Shown piece by piece: positions 51,181 through 63,459 of a stretch of 64,000 bases of DNA. Source of the DNA: Lama glama (taxonomy: Eukaryota); the NCBI GenBank assembly GCA_028534125.1, contig CM052817.1:7504001-7568000 (forward strand). Direction: 5' to 3'. Position 1 is the stretch's first letter, and every line of letters begins with the position of its first letter. The translations under genes and the position numbers were made by a program. The notes beneath the pieces were generated by a model that made no database searches, was not told where the DNA came from, and saw nothing but the letters and a program-made list of their open reading frames with translations.

Positions 51181-54131
51181 AAAACAACATGAATGACAGT
51201 TGACCTATGAATTTTTATGAATGGAAAAAAAGAAGAAGAAACTCAACTTACTGGAAGGCATTTGTGAGACAAATAATTCTCTGAAGACACTGGCAAAGTC
51301 ATTTTGAAAGTCAACCAACGGAAAGAAAGGAATAATGTCTTACTGGGAAAGACGAGTTGTGAGGGGCGGTTTTCCATTTGTATCCATGCTTCCTTTGATG
51401 CTCCAGGTTGTGCTGCACCCATCAGCAGAAGAAGGATGTAGCACAAGGTGCTGTTAGATGGTAACCGCCTGGCTATTATTTTTGAGATCAAATGCTCGTG
51501 TATATTACTTTCATCGATGGTTTTCTTCACTAGGTTTTACCACTTTGTGGCACTTGTTATGACAGTATTCCCCAGTACGTCACATTTAAATTGAGTCGAG
51601 TGGTTTGTGGTTAAGAGAAAGTGGCAAGGTAGATTTTATTTCTCACTCTCCCATACTTGCTGAGATCAGAGAGAGACAGAGAGATATTTTGTGCATGGTA
51701 ATGCCCCAGCATTTATCAGCAGTGGACAAATTCTGATTCTTTAATTTTACGAGTGATTGTTTCTAAAGCCACATGACTTGTCTCGCCCTCACTTTCTACA
51801 TAGCCCTCACAAATCTGAAATCTTCTTTAGCCTAAACCAAAAGAACAGATGGAATTAAATGACATCCAAGCCTACAATAAAAAGAGACAGAACTGCAGCT
51901 GGAAAAGGACCAGGGAGTCCAAGTGACAACATGAGTGAGGGGGATAGATGGACTCCCGGGGAGAGAGTGCCTGAGGACCCGGGAAAAGGTGGCCCCTTGC
52001 ACAGCCGCAAAGGTTCCAAGTTAAGCCCACCGCGGTTTACATTGCTGATTCTTCCGGGCGCCCGCTAGCCAAGCTGTGTGTTTGCTTGCTTTTGAATTTT
52101 GGTGCTGATGGTGGTGCTTTCCAGTAACTGCCAAGGCTCCTTAGCCTTTCCGAAATTAAATGCACAGCACAAGTCTTACAGAAATAGCATAAATTGACAG
52201 CAACCAAATGGCCTTATGCTATGCTGTGTAGCTGCTGTCAAGGTCTGAACGTGCTTCCCCGCGTGCAGCCCAGCCCTCACCGCAGCGCTTTAAGGCAAGA
52301 GGAATAGATGCCACTGAGCCCGGTTTCATAGACACTGAGGATTAACAGTAAGCAGAGTGTGGAAAGTAGTCGGACTGGTTGAACTAGTAAAAGAATCCAA
52401 GTCAGCCGACATCCCCTTTCCACGCTGGCTTACCTGAGGGTCTAAAATATGTGCGAGAGGACACTGGTTTCTAAGATCTTGGTGTGGAAGTCCAGGCGCT
52501 ATTTCAGAGCATCTTAGTCTCCACCTTTGAAAACTTTTATTATTAATGGGAGATACCAGAGTAGATTTGCTAGTGAAAAAAAAAACGGTTTGTATTTACT
52601 TGATAAAACAACACTATTAAAATTAATCAACATAAATACTGGCTCATGGCATATAAGTATGCTCGTGACAGTAGGTGAAATGGTAAGCGAAAAAAAAATC
52701 AGGACACAAAATTACAAGGTTACTATGCACAGACCTGTGAAACAGGACATATGCAATGAAATGGTAGGAAGAAAGGCACAATGAACACAATGAACACCGT
52801 GATTGTGTTAAAGCAATTGGAAGGGGAATGTTTTTCTCCTTCTTCCTTTCTTCCTCCCAATTGCTGTAACACCAACGCTTTATAACCTTTAGAATAGCTT
52901 TTAGAATAATATCATCATTAGTATCAATAAATGTTAACACATAATCCCATATTATCTTATTTTAATATAGAACATGATAGAGAAATTATTATTGTTGGTG
53001 TTGTCACAGTGGGAGACACCCAATTTCTCTTTGTGGCTGATTGGAAGTGTGGGGGGGGGCTGTCAATCTGGCTGTCATTGTGGGCTGTGATTCAAAGCAC
53101 TCAATCAGAACGTAGGTCTTATTAAAGTCATTATATAGATGACATTATGTGTGTGTGTATATATATATATATTAATATCTATTTTTCACTTTAAGATTTG
53201 AATTTAGAGGATGACATTCTCAATATGGCGTTGAGACATTTCTCTAGCTTCTCCAATGCCTTTTACTGACAATCCAGAAGCTAGGGTACAAATAAGAACA
53301 TGCAGAACAGCAGGTGGCATCAGACACTGCCCTCATCCCCCCTTCCTCCAGCTCTTCTCTGTTTCCCCCTGGGGAACGGGAGAGCAAAGCCAGTAGTAGT
53401 GATCAGCTGAGGTTGGGGACGATTTCATCAGTTCCACACGGCGTTCAGCAAAACGCTAAACAGGCAGGCCAGGCAGCGCTGTTTTGAAGGCGACAAAATT
53501 CCCATTAAGTCCCTGGACCCCCAGTTTTGCTGATTTGGGTGATGAATTTGCAGACCCAGTCCAGAAATAGTGAGTTAGTTGACACTGACGTGGGGATGTT
53601 GCCAGAATCGCTTCCAGAATAATTCCTCTACATTTGGGGTCTGGGTGGGATGAGGTGGGGGGTGGGGTAGGGGATCTATTGGCAGCTGCATTTCCCGAAG
53701 ACAGCTCCTGTCCCGGAGTGCCACATGCAGAGACAGGAAATGAGAAAATAGAAACCACAAAAATCCAGGTGCTTCAGATTCGTGCTTTGTCAGAAGGAAA
53801 AGGAAGTCCAGGAGAAGGGAGGGAGGGAAAGAAATAAGTGAGAAAATTCCTAAAGGCCAAGTGTCAGACTTTTTCGGTGATATTTCAAGACACCCTTATT
53901 TAAAACTGTTGTCTCCAAATATCCCAGCCCGGGGAGCAGTGCTTCCTGTCGCCAAGGCGATAACTTATTAACAAAAGTAGGTGAAAATAGTGCGCGAAAA
54001 GTGTGACCATCCAGAGGGCAAAATAAAGGAAAGCAATCATTTCAACTAAACGGATTTTAGGCTGGAAAGAAGACACAGATTGCCGACTCATGACTCTATT
54101 GTAATTGCAGAAATGTCAACACTGTCTGATG

Positions 54132-54298
54132 TTTTTCTAATTGAAGTATAGTTAATTTACAATGTTGCATTAATTTCTGATGTACAACATAGTGATTCAG
54201 TTATACATTTTTTTATATCATTTGTCATTATAGGTACTACAAGGTACTGAATATAGTTCCCTGTGCTATATAGTAGGACCTTGTTGTTTATTTTGTAT
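54132..54298 (-). mobile_element. Cetartiodactyl-type L1 3' tail
   Basis: taattgaagtatagttaatttacaatgttg...gaatatagttccctgtgctatatagtaggaccttgttgttta. Confidence 0.9.
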
Positions 54299-54399
54299 GA
54301 AGAACTTTGTATAACATTGGCTGATTGATCAATTGATTAATTTGTTCATTCCTTCAAGAAACAGGGAGCAACAGCATTTTGCCAGACACCAAGCTGAGT

Positions 54400-54575
54400 G
54401 TTTAAGAATCTTGCTACTGAAGTGTGGTCCATGAACCCACAGAACTGATGTCAGCTGGGAGCTGGTTAGAACAGCACTCTTGGAAGCCCCCCTCCAGACT
54501 TGACGAGTCCAAGCCCGTATTTTAGCAAAATGCCATTTTTTGTGCGCACATCAAACTTTGAGAAACGCAGTGTTA
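54400..54575. mobile_element. MER5A-like MITE
   Basis: gctactgaagtgtggtccatg...gggagctggttagaa...actttgagaaacgcagtg. Confidence 0.7.
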
Positions 54576-55505
54576 AACCAGGGCTTGGAATCCAGCAAGC
54601 TCACCATCTACATGTTGTGTGGTTCCTGCCTATTTCCAAATGCTTCTGTTATTGGCTCCCAAGCCTGGCACATGGAGGACCACTACCTCTCAGTTCCTGA
54701 GACAAAGATGACCATCCATTTTCAACCTGTGAGCCCTTTGTGAGCCTCGGTTCCTTCATCTGAAGTCATTGCTGAAAACTCAAGCACTTCTGGTATTTCT
54801 GAGACTTAACATGAAACAATATTCATACAGCGCGGATCAGTGGGACACCTGTCTCTCTCCCCGGCAGCTCCTCACCCCATCCACACTTGCACCTGTCACT
54901 CTTGAGGGAACAAACACTCTCACTTCCTTCTCAGACTTTCTGGACCATCTCCCCCTCCACCACTCATTTTAGGTTTTGGTGTCAAGGTCTTTAGCAGCCT
55001 AGAGCCTGAGGGCAGGGCTGTGCTGATTTGCCCAGGAAGCCAAGGTGAATGCGGGTATCTGGCGGCCCATTTGGCTGAGAACTTGGTCAAGATATGCCAT
55101 GTCTCCGTATCTTTGTGCCTTTACTTAATTAATAGTAGTTATTTTTATCACTGCACCATACCGTTCAGTTTCCTTTGTAGCTCTGTCATTCTTTCTTCCT
55201 TCACCTTAATCTATCCTTAAATCCAGTTTAATTTCTTTGTGGTCTTCCTGTGTGTGAGTTTCCCATCATCCACTGATGCAATATTGTTTTATCACCTAAT
55301 TGTGCAACGGGCATCAGGTTCTGCTTTATAGTTTTGTGGGTGAGCACACACACGTATCCTTGAAAATAGTCATATATTTGTAAACTATTTACACATATTA
55401 TGAAGTATTCTTACTTGAAATAATTTGATTACCACCAAGGGGAGCTAATAAAAAAAGTGATTACTTGGCATTTTAAATAATCTAAGTGTAGAAAGCCACT
55501 AAAGC

Positions 55506-55524
55506 AGCCAGCAGAGGGCAGAGC
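55506..55524 (+). promoter_or_regulatory. CTCF motif (forward)
   Basis: agCCAGCAGAGGGCAGagc. Confidence 0.55.
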
Positions 55525-56699
55525 GCCCCAACAAAAGGGGACGCCACCTCTTCCAGCCCTGACCCTCCCTCGTTAGGATGCTGTTGCCTGGCTCCTGCTG
55601 TCAGGCCAGAGCATTCTCAAGCAGCTCCTTGGGATCCCGGGAACACCCTGAGAGGACTCCGGAGCAGGGGCTGTCCTCGGGGTCCCCTAACTGCCTGCCC
55701 ATCCCCCGAGAGCCGGTACACCGGTTAGGAGCTCGGCTCAGCACAGACTTGGATGAAGATCCTAAAATGTCCACTGACTGAAACATGGCCTGAGGCTATT
55801 TCACACCCCAAGCTTCAGTTTCCCCCTCTGTAAAATGGGAACGGCCCTGCCGCACACCTCAGTACATTAGTTACCCGGAGGCTATTAAGAGGATTCAAAC
55901 ACAATATAGCCAGCAAATACTCCATCAGATTATCAAGCACTGGACTATGGGATAGCCCTCGCTGCCTTTCTCCTCGTAACGAAGAGGAGGCAAATAAATT
56001 CGCCCTCTTTGTAGGCAATTGAGTGATTCAGTCTTAGAAAAGATGGGGTTAAGCAAACAACACTGATAGAAGTTTCCCGACGCCAGGCTCTGTACCAGCC
56101 ACGCACGGCCGTCATCTTTTTTAATCCCCACAAAAAGCCACGAGGTAAGAACTAGTTTCATTTTATACACAGGAAAACTGAGACTCAGGAAAACCAGGTC
56201 ACTTGGCCTGAGATATAAACTTAATAAGCACTTTGAAATGTGATTCGGGTCTTAGAATGTCAGATCTGAGGGCCCACGGTCTTCCCAGGCACCACCGAAA
56301 CTACAGCACCAGCAGAATAGCCTGTCAAAGGATTGACTCCGATCATTCATTTTCTTCACCCAAAGTCTTTCATTGATTAATTGAGTGGACCACTCATTCA
56401 TTCATTTCTGAATATTTACTGAACAGCTTTATAGCTACTGTATTTTTGCTAGATGTCAAGATACCAGAAATTAATAATAATACATGGTCTTTGTACTCAA
56501 GGAGCTAAACTTAGTGAGGTGAAAGATGTCAACAGTGGTTAGGCCAGCAGAAAGGACAGAATATGTTGATAATTACTATAATATGGCAGGCAATATGAAA
56601 TGCGAGTTACTGTTTTTGAGGAGTGGGACAGCCACGGGGAGAAGCTGCCTTGAGGAGTACTGTCTGCTGACAGCCTCCAGCTGCCACAACTTCAGGGTG

Positions 56700-56995
56700 A
56701 CCCATGATGTTCAGAGCAAGGTCACACTCTCCTGCGGGGTGCTGGGCCAGGCACTCCTGCTGAGTGCGCGGCTGCTCTGATGGGCAGGCTGGGCTCCAGA
56801 CTCCCCTCCAATCTGAAGCTCTTCCTTCCCAAGGGGAAAGCCCTTCCTTTTCAGTGCAAGAGTCAGATCTGCACTGTGACCTGAAGATCCTCAGCTTTCT
56901 CCTGTTCCTTCTCCCCTGACTCCTCATCAATTTTGCCTCCAGTAAATATCATGCACATTGAATTCCATCATCATGTCTGCTTCTCAGAGCGCCTG
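56700..56995 (+). mobile_element. ERVL-class LTR fragment (LTR16/LTR33-like)
   Basis: ccagtaaatatcatgcacattgaattccatcatcatgtctgcttctcagag end motif. Confidence 0.5.
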
Positions 56996-57170
56996 GCACG
57001 AAGGGGGACTGGCCAAATGTCCTTGGGGAAAGCCAAAGAAATTGTTACAGGGAGTGCTTGAGCTTAAACTGTAGGACTTCAGAACTGAAGTCCCTTCTAG
57101 ACCATATGGTCGGCACACAGTAACTCTCCCTCCTTTTACAAGTAAACTGTCAGTTTCTGGAGGTCTGAGG

Positions 57171-57194
57171 CTATCTATCTATCTATCTATCTAT
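57171..57194. repeat. (CTAT)6 tetranucleotide microsatellite
   Basis: Read directly. Confidence 0.95.
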
Positions 57195-58825
57195 CATCCA
57201 CATCCTTGAGTGTATGCTGGTTGTTCAATATATGTCTCTTGGGTGAAGAAGTGGCAAATCTCAGTGTCTACAGCAATGACACACCAAGCTTTTCAGCCTC
57301 CAGCCCTGTTCCTGCATCTTTACCTGATACCCTTTCTCCACTCATTTTCAAGACCCACCCTATGGCCACATCTCCAAAGAGCATGCCAATTGAGACCTCT
57401 TCCTTTAATCTTCGCAATGTTGGGTTTGGACCAGCTTTGGCCATGCATTTTACTCTGTCCTACAGTATACTTCTCAGTGCACATGTGTCTACATCATAAA
57501 TCAATCCTAGAATCACTTTTAGGAGAAGCAGCCATGCCCCAGCTCCAGCTGGGAGTGGAGGAACTGTAGGCAAGGAGAAAGGGAAGGAGACCCAGCCTAT
57601 ATACCACATCATCAAGACCAGTGTCGTTTGAAAAAGGGTGTTAGACCAGGAGAGGACCCCCCCGACCCACCACGACGAGCCGGCCGGTGGCTGATCAGGA
57701 GGCCTGGCAGTTAAAGCTCTGCTCAAGCAAGGCCAAACCAGGTCAGTCATGTTATCCAGTGTATCATCTCAACCAGGAATCTGAAACAGGAAAAGCAAAA
57801 AATTGGGAGCTGGCAGCAGTGATATTTCCACCAAACTATGAAAGGCTAGGGAGAATAAGTCACGTGGAGCCACAGATGCCCTGAAATTAGGAGATCGCTA
57901 AATCTCTGAATAAGAAACTATGGAAAGCAAAAATCTGTTTAATCAGAAATTTTAGAGTGGCTAAGCAGGTAACAACGTGGGCCCCAAAGTCAGACGCCTC
58001 GGTTTAAATTCCGGGCTTCACTCTTGACCAGCTTTATGACCTTGGCAAACTGTAAGCCTCTCTACTTCAGCTTCCTCATCTACAAAAGGGAGAGGACAGC
58101 TTCCCCTCAGTGGCTCTTAATGGCCAATACTGATGGATGCATCTCATCCCCAGTTCAGCTTAACTGGGAGAGGAATTAGCACAGGGGAATCATTAGGGTC
58201 AAACTAGGAGAAGAGTTTGACTCTGGGGGGAGGACCCACCTCACCACCAGCCGTAAATTCTCCAGGGGCAGCGGCAGCGCCTTAACTCCAAGGAGGGACT
58301 CTGTCTCAGAAAGAAGCCGGTGAAAGGAGGACAGAGCCAAGTGAAGGGCAGGGAGAGCCGAGTCCTGGGCCAAGCGCGTCTGAGTCAGCCCTGCGTACAG
58401 GCTCCTCGTTACGTCAGCCAGTGCGATTTTTCCTTGTAGGTGGGCGGGCTGGGTTTCCTGTCTCTTGCACGTTTTCTTGCCTCTTCAGAGTTTCGGCCAG
58501 CGCAGCCAGTTGGTAGGGCTCTCTGCACCCCAGATGGCTTCCCGTGGCCAGTTTTGAGGAGTTTTCTTATTCCTTGTAGGAGTCTCTTCGCTCCAATTTC
58601 CTCTTGGACATTTTCTATAAAACCCCATTATACACTTGAGTGAGTCTCTGATTCTTACCTGCAAAGGTGCCCGATGAGCCCATTGACTTGCGTTGGCCTG
58701 TTCTCCCCACTGCATTAGGAGAAGTGCTATGAATGATGTATCTTTTAATTCCTTCCCGCGGAGGTTTCTAAATCAGGGGACCGATCACAGTGACTTGAGG
58801 AGTTTTTTAACAGCAAACTCCTGTG

Positions 58826-59003
58826 CAGGACCACCTTCATGGCAGTATCTTCCATGCAGCCTCACAGAGCCCCAGAAGGGGCTCAGAAGGGCCCTGCATT
58901 TGGTTTAATGTTCTGATGCCATCATCTCAAACTTCTTAGTAACTTTCCAAGGGGCCCGCATGACCGTTTTGCTCTGGGCCCTACAAATGATGTGATTGGT
59001 CCA
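58826..59003. mobile_element. MER53-like hAT MITE within MER5-like fragments
   Basis: gctcagaagggccctgcatttggtttaatg...ttttgctctgggccctacaaatgatgt. Confidence 0.65.
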
Positions 59004-59978
59004 GCTGTGGGTCCTCGGGTCTAAGGTTCTGATTAAGAAGCTCTGTGGTCAGCCTGAGGAATCAGCATCTTCCGTGTAATAACTGTCATGGGATCTAACA
59101 TACAGCGCAACCTCAATCTGTACCTGTTTATATAAATTTAAAAGTTTAAAATATATTGATTTGTTTAAGTTTGCTCGAGGGAGACATCATTCTCATGAGC
59201 AGAGTTAGCCCTTGAAAAACCTCATCGATTCACAGATTCTGGGAGATAGAAAGGCCTTTAAGGATGCCTGTTCCAGCTGTTTCTCCATGTAGGCTGCACA
59301 TTTCAGAGCTCCCTGGAGCAAGTCAAAAACTACCGAAGCCCACAGCCAAGCCCAGCTCCCAAATGTTTGAATTTGACTGATCTTCTTAAAAGCCCTTAGG
59401 GGATTCTAATGTGATCCAGGATTGAAGATCCCTGTTGTAGGCTAATATTCTCATTTTACAATCAAGGAAATAAGGATTTGAGAAAGGAAGTGGCATATTC
59501 AAGGCAGTACCAAGCACCATGGGCAGAACAATAGTAATTATCAGCTGCGGCCCATCAGCGAATGGCGAATCAGAAAGTAGACTTCAGAATCTTCTCTGCC
59601 TTTTCCTTCCAGAAACCTGTGATCAGAACTGGCATCCTGTCCACTGCAACCCAGCCCGTCTCGCTCCCGGAGTGAGTCTGGTAAATATCAGTCACTGATT
59701 ATGTTCTGTTTCCCACTCTCATTTACTGTAAGAAAATTATTAGGGCAGAGGCATTTCCTACCATTTGACACTAAGACCCTGTTTTAAATGATGGATTAGA
59801 GCAACGACGATAAATGCACCAGTGATTCCAAGGGTTGTGAAAAATGACGTGCACAGAAAGAAGGCTGCGATGCAGGAAGACATCCCTGTGATCCTCTCTT
59901 GATAAACACAGCTGAGCTGAACGAGGGCTCTGTCCACACCAGCGTCTGTTCCTCCAGGCTTGGCTTCAGCCTCAAGGT

Positions 59979-59994
59979 AGGTCATGAAAGGTCA
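59979..59994 (+). promoter_or_regulatory. Perfect DR4 nuclear-receptor element AGGTCA-tgaa-AGGTCA
   Basis: Read directly; further AGGTCA half-sites at 60038-60043 and 60084-60089. Confidence 0.5.
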
Positions 59995-60399
59995 CTTCAG
60001 CTTCCCTAGTGGCCAAAGCGAGGCACCTAGAGCTTGAAGGTCACAGGTGCAGCACTGAAGAGAAATCAAAACAAACAGCTAACAGGTCAGCTTTTGTCTC
60101 CTAACCCTTTCTTGGGTGAGTTTACAGAAAGCCAGGAACAGAAAGTCTCACAGAGGAGAGAGCGCTCGCTTCCCTCATCGTAGTCACCAGGCTGTGCTAT
60201 AACCACGAATTCACGTCTCTGCTGTTCTCGCTAAGATTCCAGGGCCTCTCAGATTGGGCTGCCCGAGTGTGTGCAGTGGCGGCTAAGACACAGAAGGGAC
60301 GCAGCAAACGTTTGTTGAATGTATGCACCTGTGGATTTACATATGTATATTATCTCTGTGTGATAATGTTAAATGTCCCTTTTGAATGCTATCTAAGTT

Positions 60400-60595
60400 G
60401 AATAGACTTTATTTTTTAGAGCAGTGGTAAGGTCACAGGACAATTGGGCAAGCAGTACTGAGAGTTCTCATCTGCCCCCTGCCCCCGACGCAGGCACCGC
60501 CTCCAGGCCATCCACATCGCCCACCAGCGTGGTCCATTTTCTCCAGCTGTTGGACTTACATTGACACATCACGATCACCCAAAGTCCACAGTTTC
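60400..60595 (-). mobile_element. L1MC1-like 3' end
   Basis: atagactttattttttagagcagt...acattgacacatcacgatcacccaaagtccacagtt. Confidence 0.8.
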
Positions 60596-61629
60596 CCCAA
60601 CATGAACAGTATAATAATAGCAAGTAGAATGCTTATAGCTCCAAGCCAGGCACCGTTAAAATGATTGACACTCATTTGTCACCACAAAGCCTGGCTCCTG
60701 AGCACTTCTTCGCTATCGAATGTGCAAGGCAGTGAGCCTAGTCTTTAGAGTCCTTCCTGATGATGCAGGTGTCACCTCCCAGGGGCGGACTGGACAAAAG
60801 TAAGGCGAAGACAGGCAAAGAAGCTTCACAGTGTAACAGCTTGTGGTTCAAAGCCTGACAGTTAAGTCTCAGGGAGACTTTTAGTCAATCTTTTAGTCAA
60901 TCAATTAATCCAGCTGGGATTTAAATAAATGAAATAAGAATAACTTAAATGAGATTATAGATATAAAACCTGGGCATAACCTGTCCACTCCCTCCTCCTT
61001 TCCCTAGTAAAACAGCCATGAAAGTCATCTTTCTTGACTAGAAATCCAGCACACCAGCACTCCAGGCCCTTCCGGACATAACTCTTAGGTTTCAATTCAA
61101 AAAAGCAGGCTGACCACTGAGCTGACCGTGGGCAGCCCCACTTCAGAGACGGACCTGGCTGACAGAGAAAATAAACTGGGCGAGGGGTCGGCTCAAAGGC
61201 AGTTTTATAAATCAGATCTTTGCGAACAGCCAGAGGAAAAGAGCAAATCTTTCTCCCTCCTTCCCAAACTCTGGGAAATACGGTATATTTTCCGAAGTCA
61301 AGTGCTCGGGGTTCTCTATTGCCTTAAGAAGCAGGCGGCTGGGGGGGAAGGGGCCTTGGGGGAGCTGCAGAGAGGGGAGATCTGTGACACATTGTTCTGC
61401 TAAGAAGCTGGAAGAGGACAGAGGTGTGTGGTCCTGCGAAGCAGAGGCCAGGCTGATGCCTCCCTCCCCCCGAAACTCATTTATCACCTTGATGGTTTCA
61501 GCTCATTTGCAGCCAAGTTATTGTCACCCTTAAAATAATGTGGCTTGACAGGGGGAAAAAAAATGAAATCCTTGTGAAAAGTTACATAGTCATCACACTC
61601 TGGAGTCAAAATATAGACTCGCAGTATCC

Positions 61630-62800
61630 AAACACGGGCCCTGGGGACGGCGGGGGTGGTATTTCCTCTCTCCCGCAGGCTTTGGTTTTAGAACAGGACA
61701 TTAACATTTATGTCATGTTAACGTGCATCTAGGCATGGCGTGTGGCCTCCTGCCACGGACGCGGAGAAACACATACTCCAGCGCCGCCTCGGCGTGACCG
61801 CCAGGGCTCGCAGTATAAATGGAGACGCGTGTTTCCTTGCCCAGAGAGTTAATAGCGGGCGACGACTTAAATGTTTAGCCATCCCCCGTGCACGGACTCC
61901 GGTTTGGATGTCAGGAAAGCACTAAATCTTGCTGCGCTACCAGCGGCAACCGATCCTCACTCCCAGAGCTTATTCAGCCAGGGCAGCGTCGGCCTGAACA
62001 CCCCCAAGCACCAGGGCCGTCCCGTTTTAATTATCCAGGTGATCTTGATCAACTTGCCTTAGCCTCAGTGTCCACGTCTGTAAAATGGCGAGACCTGTGT
62101 GTTTGCGCGAAGATGAAAAGAGAAAATGCACGCAACGGAGACCACCCTGGCGCCTGGCGCGCTGCAGCGGCCAGTGCAGGGGAGTCTTCTCTCGCCCTGG
62201 TTTCTGGTTTCTGTTCCTCACCTTGCACAGCCGTAACACTGCGTTACGGAGTCTCAGAGAGCAAAGCTAGTTTCCCACCGCGGCATGGCGATCAGAACCT
62301 GCCAATATCACTATGCACCTTGTTTCCCATTCTGCACAACCTGGAACCAGACCAAACCAGCAAGGAGAGGTCAGCCTCACTGGAGAGGCAAGATTGGCTA
62401 CAAGGGAGCCTAGAAGGGGCGCTGCAAGCCCCCGGGGCGTGGCTCCTGCCCCTGGTCTACCTCCCGAAAAATCTACTCTTTACACCTTCATTTCATTCGG
62501 ATCTCCAACCACACGGCGTTCTCTGCACCGGTTTCCAGCCTGAAATCTCTTCCTTTTCTTTGTCCTTGCTGAGTCACGGTCCTCCCTCAGTATCCCCCAG
62601 GGGATCGTCCCAGAGCCCCCTCGGATACCAGAGTCCGCGAATGCTCAAGTGTCTTACGTACACAGCCAGGCCTCTGGATCCGCGAACGCAGAACCCGGGG
62701 TCCTGCGTTCCTCTTTGCAGCGCAGCCCTCGCTGCCCATGGAGAAGCCCCACCTCTGCCCTCTGGGCAAGCCCTCTGTGGTTCTACCCCTTCGTTTCATG
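61630..62800. promoter_or_regulatory. CpG-rich, CpG-island-like region (includes a MIR ~62030-62140 and MER2-like fragment ~62577-62700)
   Basis: Visibly higher GC and CpG density than the rest of the window; TATAAAT at 61814-61820; TGCTGAGTCAC at 62567-62577. Confidence 0.45.
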
Positions 62801-63021
62801 CAGCGCTGCATTTCCACTGATTGCTTAGCTGCCTGTTCCTTGCCCCATCCTTTCTTGTTATTTCAGGAGGGTAGGACTTTGTTTTCATCTCTGGGATAGC
62901 CTTGAGTGCCTCTCCAGTCGCTAAAATGCGTGGGTTACTCAAGAAATGTTTGGGAAAATGTAATTAAATGTGCCCAGTACAGATACTTCTACAAAATCGC
63001 AGTGCAGTTGGTTCCACGTAG

Positions 63022-63044
63022 TGTGTGTGTGTGTGTGTGTGTGT
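63022..63044. repeat. (TG)n microsatellite
   Basis: Read directly. Confidence 0.9.
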
Positions 63045-63459
63045 ACGTGTTACAATGACACTCTCAAAATAGGAGCATGTGGTTGTATGCGTCTGTCTTC
63101 AACACTGAATTGTTCAAAATATGAGTAAATCTTTTAACAGGCCATGCTATGACCAATACGTTCATTGTGATAATGTGTTTACAAATCCTTCTATCAATGT
63201 TTGAATTGCAAACAATGAATGAAAAAGAAAAGCAATAAACAAAGCCTGGTTTTATTCAATGAACAATAAAAAAAATTTGAGAAGCAAGTAAAATACTTAA
63301 TAGTGAAAAATTAGAATTAGCAATAAAAATATGTTATTTAGAGGCATTTAGATATTACAGAGGCAAAGTGGCTGGGAGGATGAAACTGGAAAGGGGCACC
63401 ATAGACTCATTTGTAAAAAATAAATAAATAAATAAATAAACTTACAAAATTAATTGTTT

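Noticed and set aside
61888..62820. 310-aa ORF, the longest in the window
   Set aside because: Non-ATG start, runs through a MIR and a MER2-like fragment, no recognisable domain; expected by chance in GC-rich DNA
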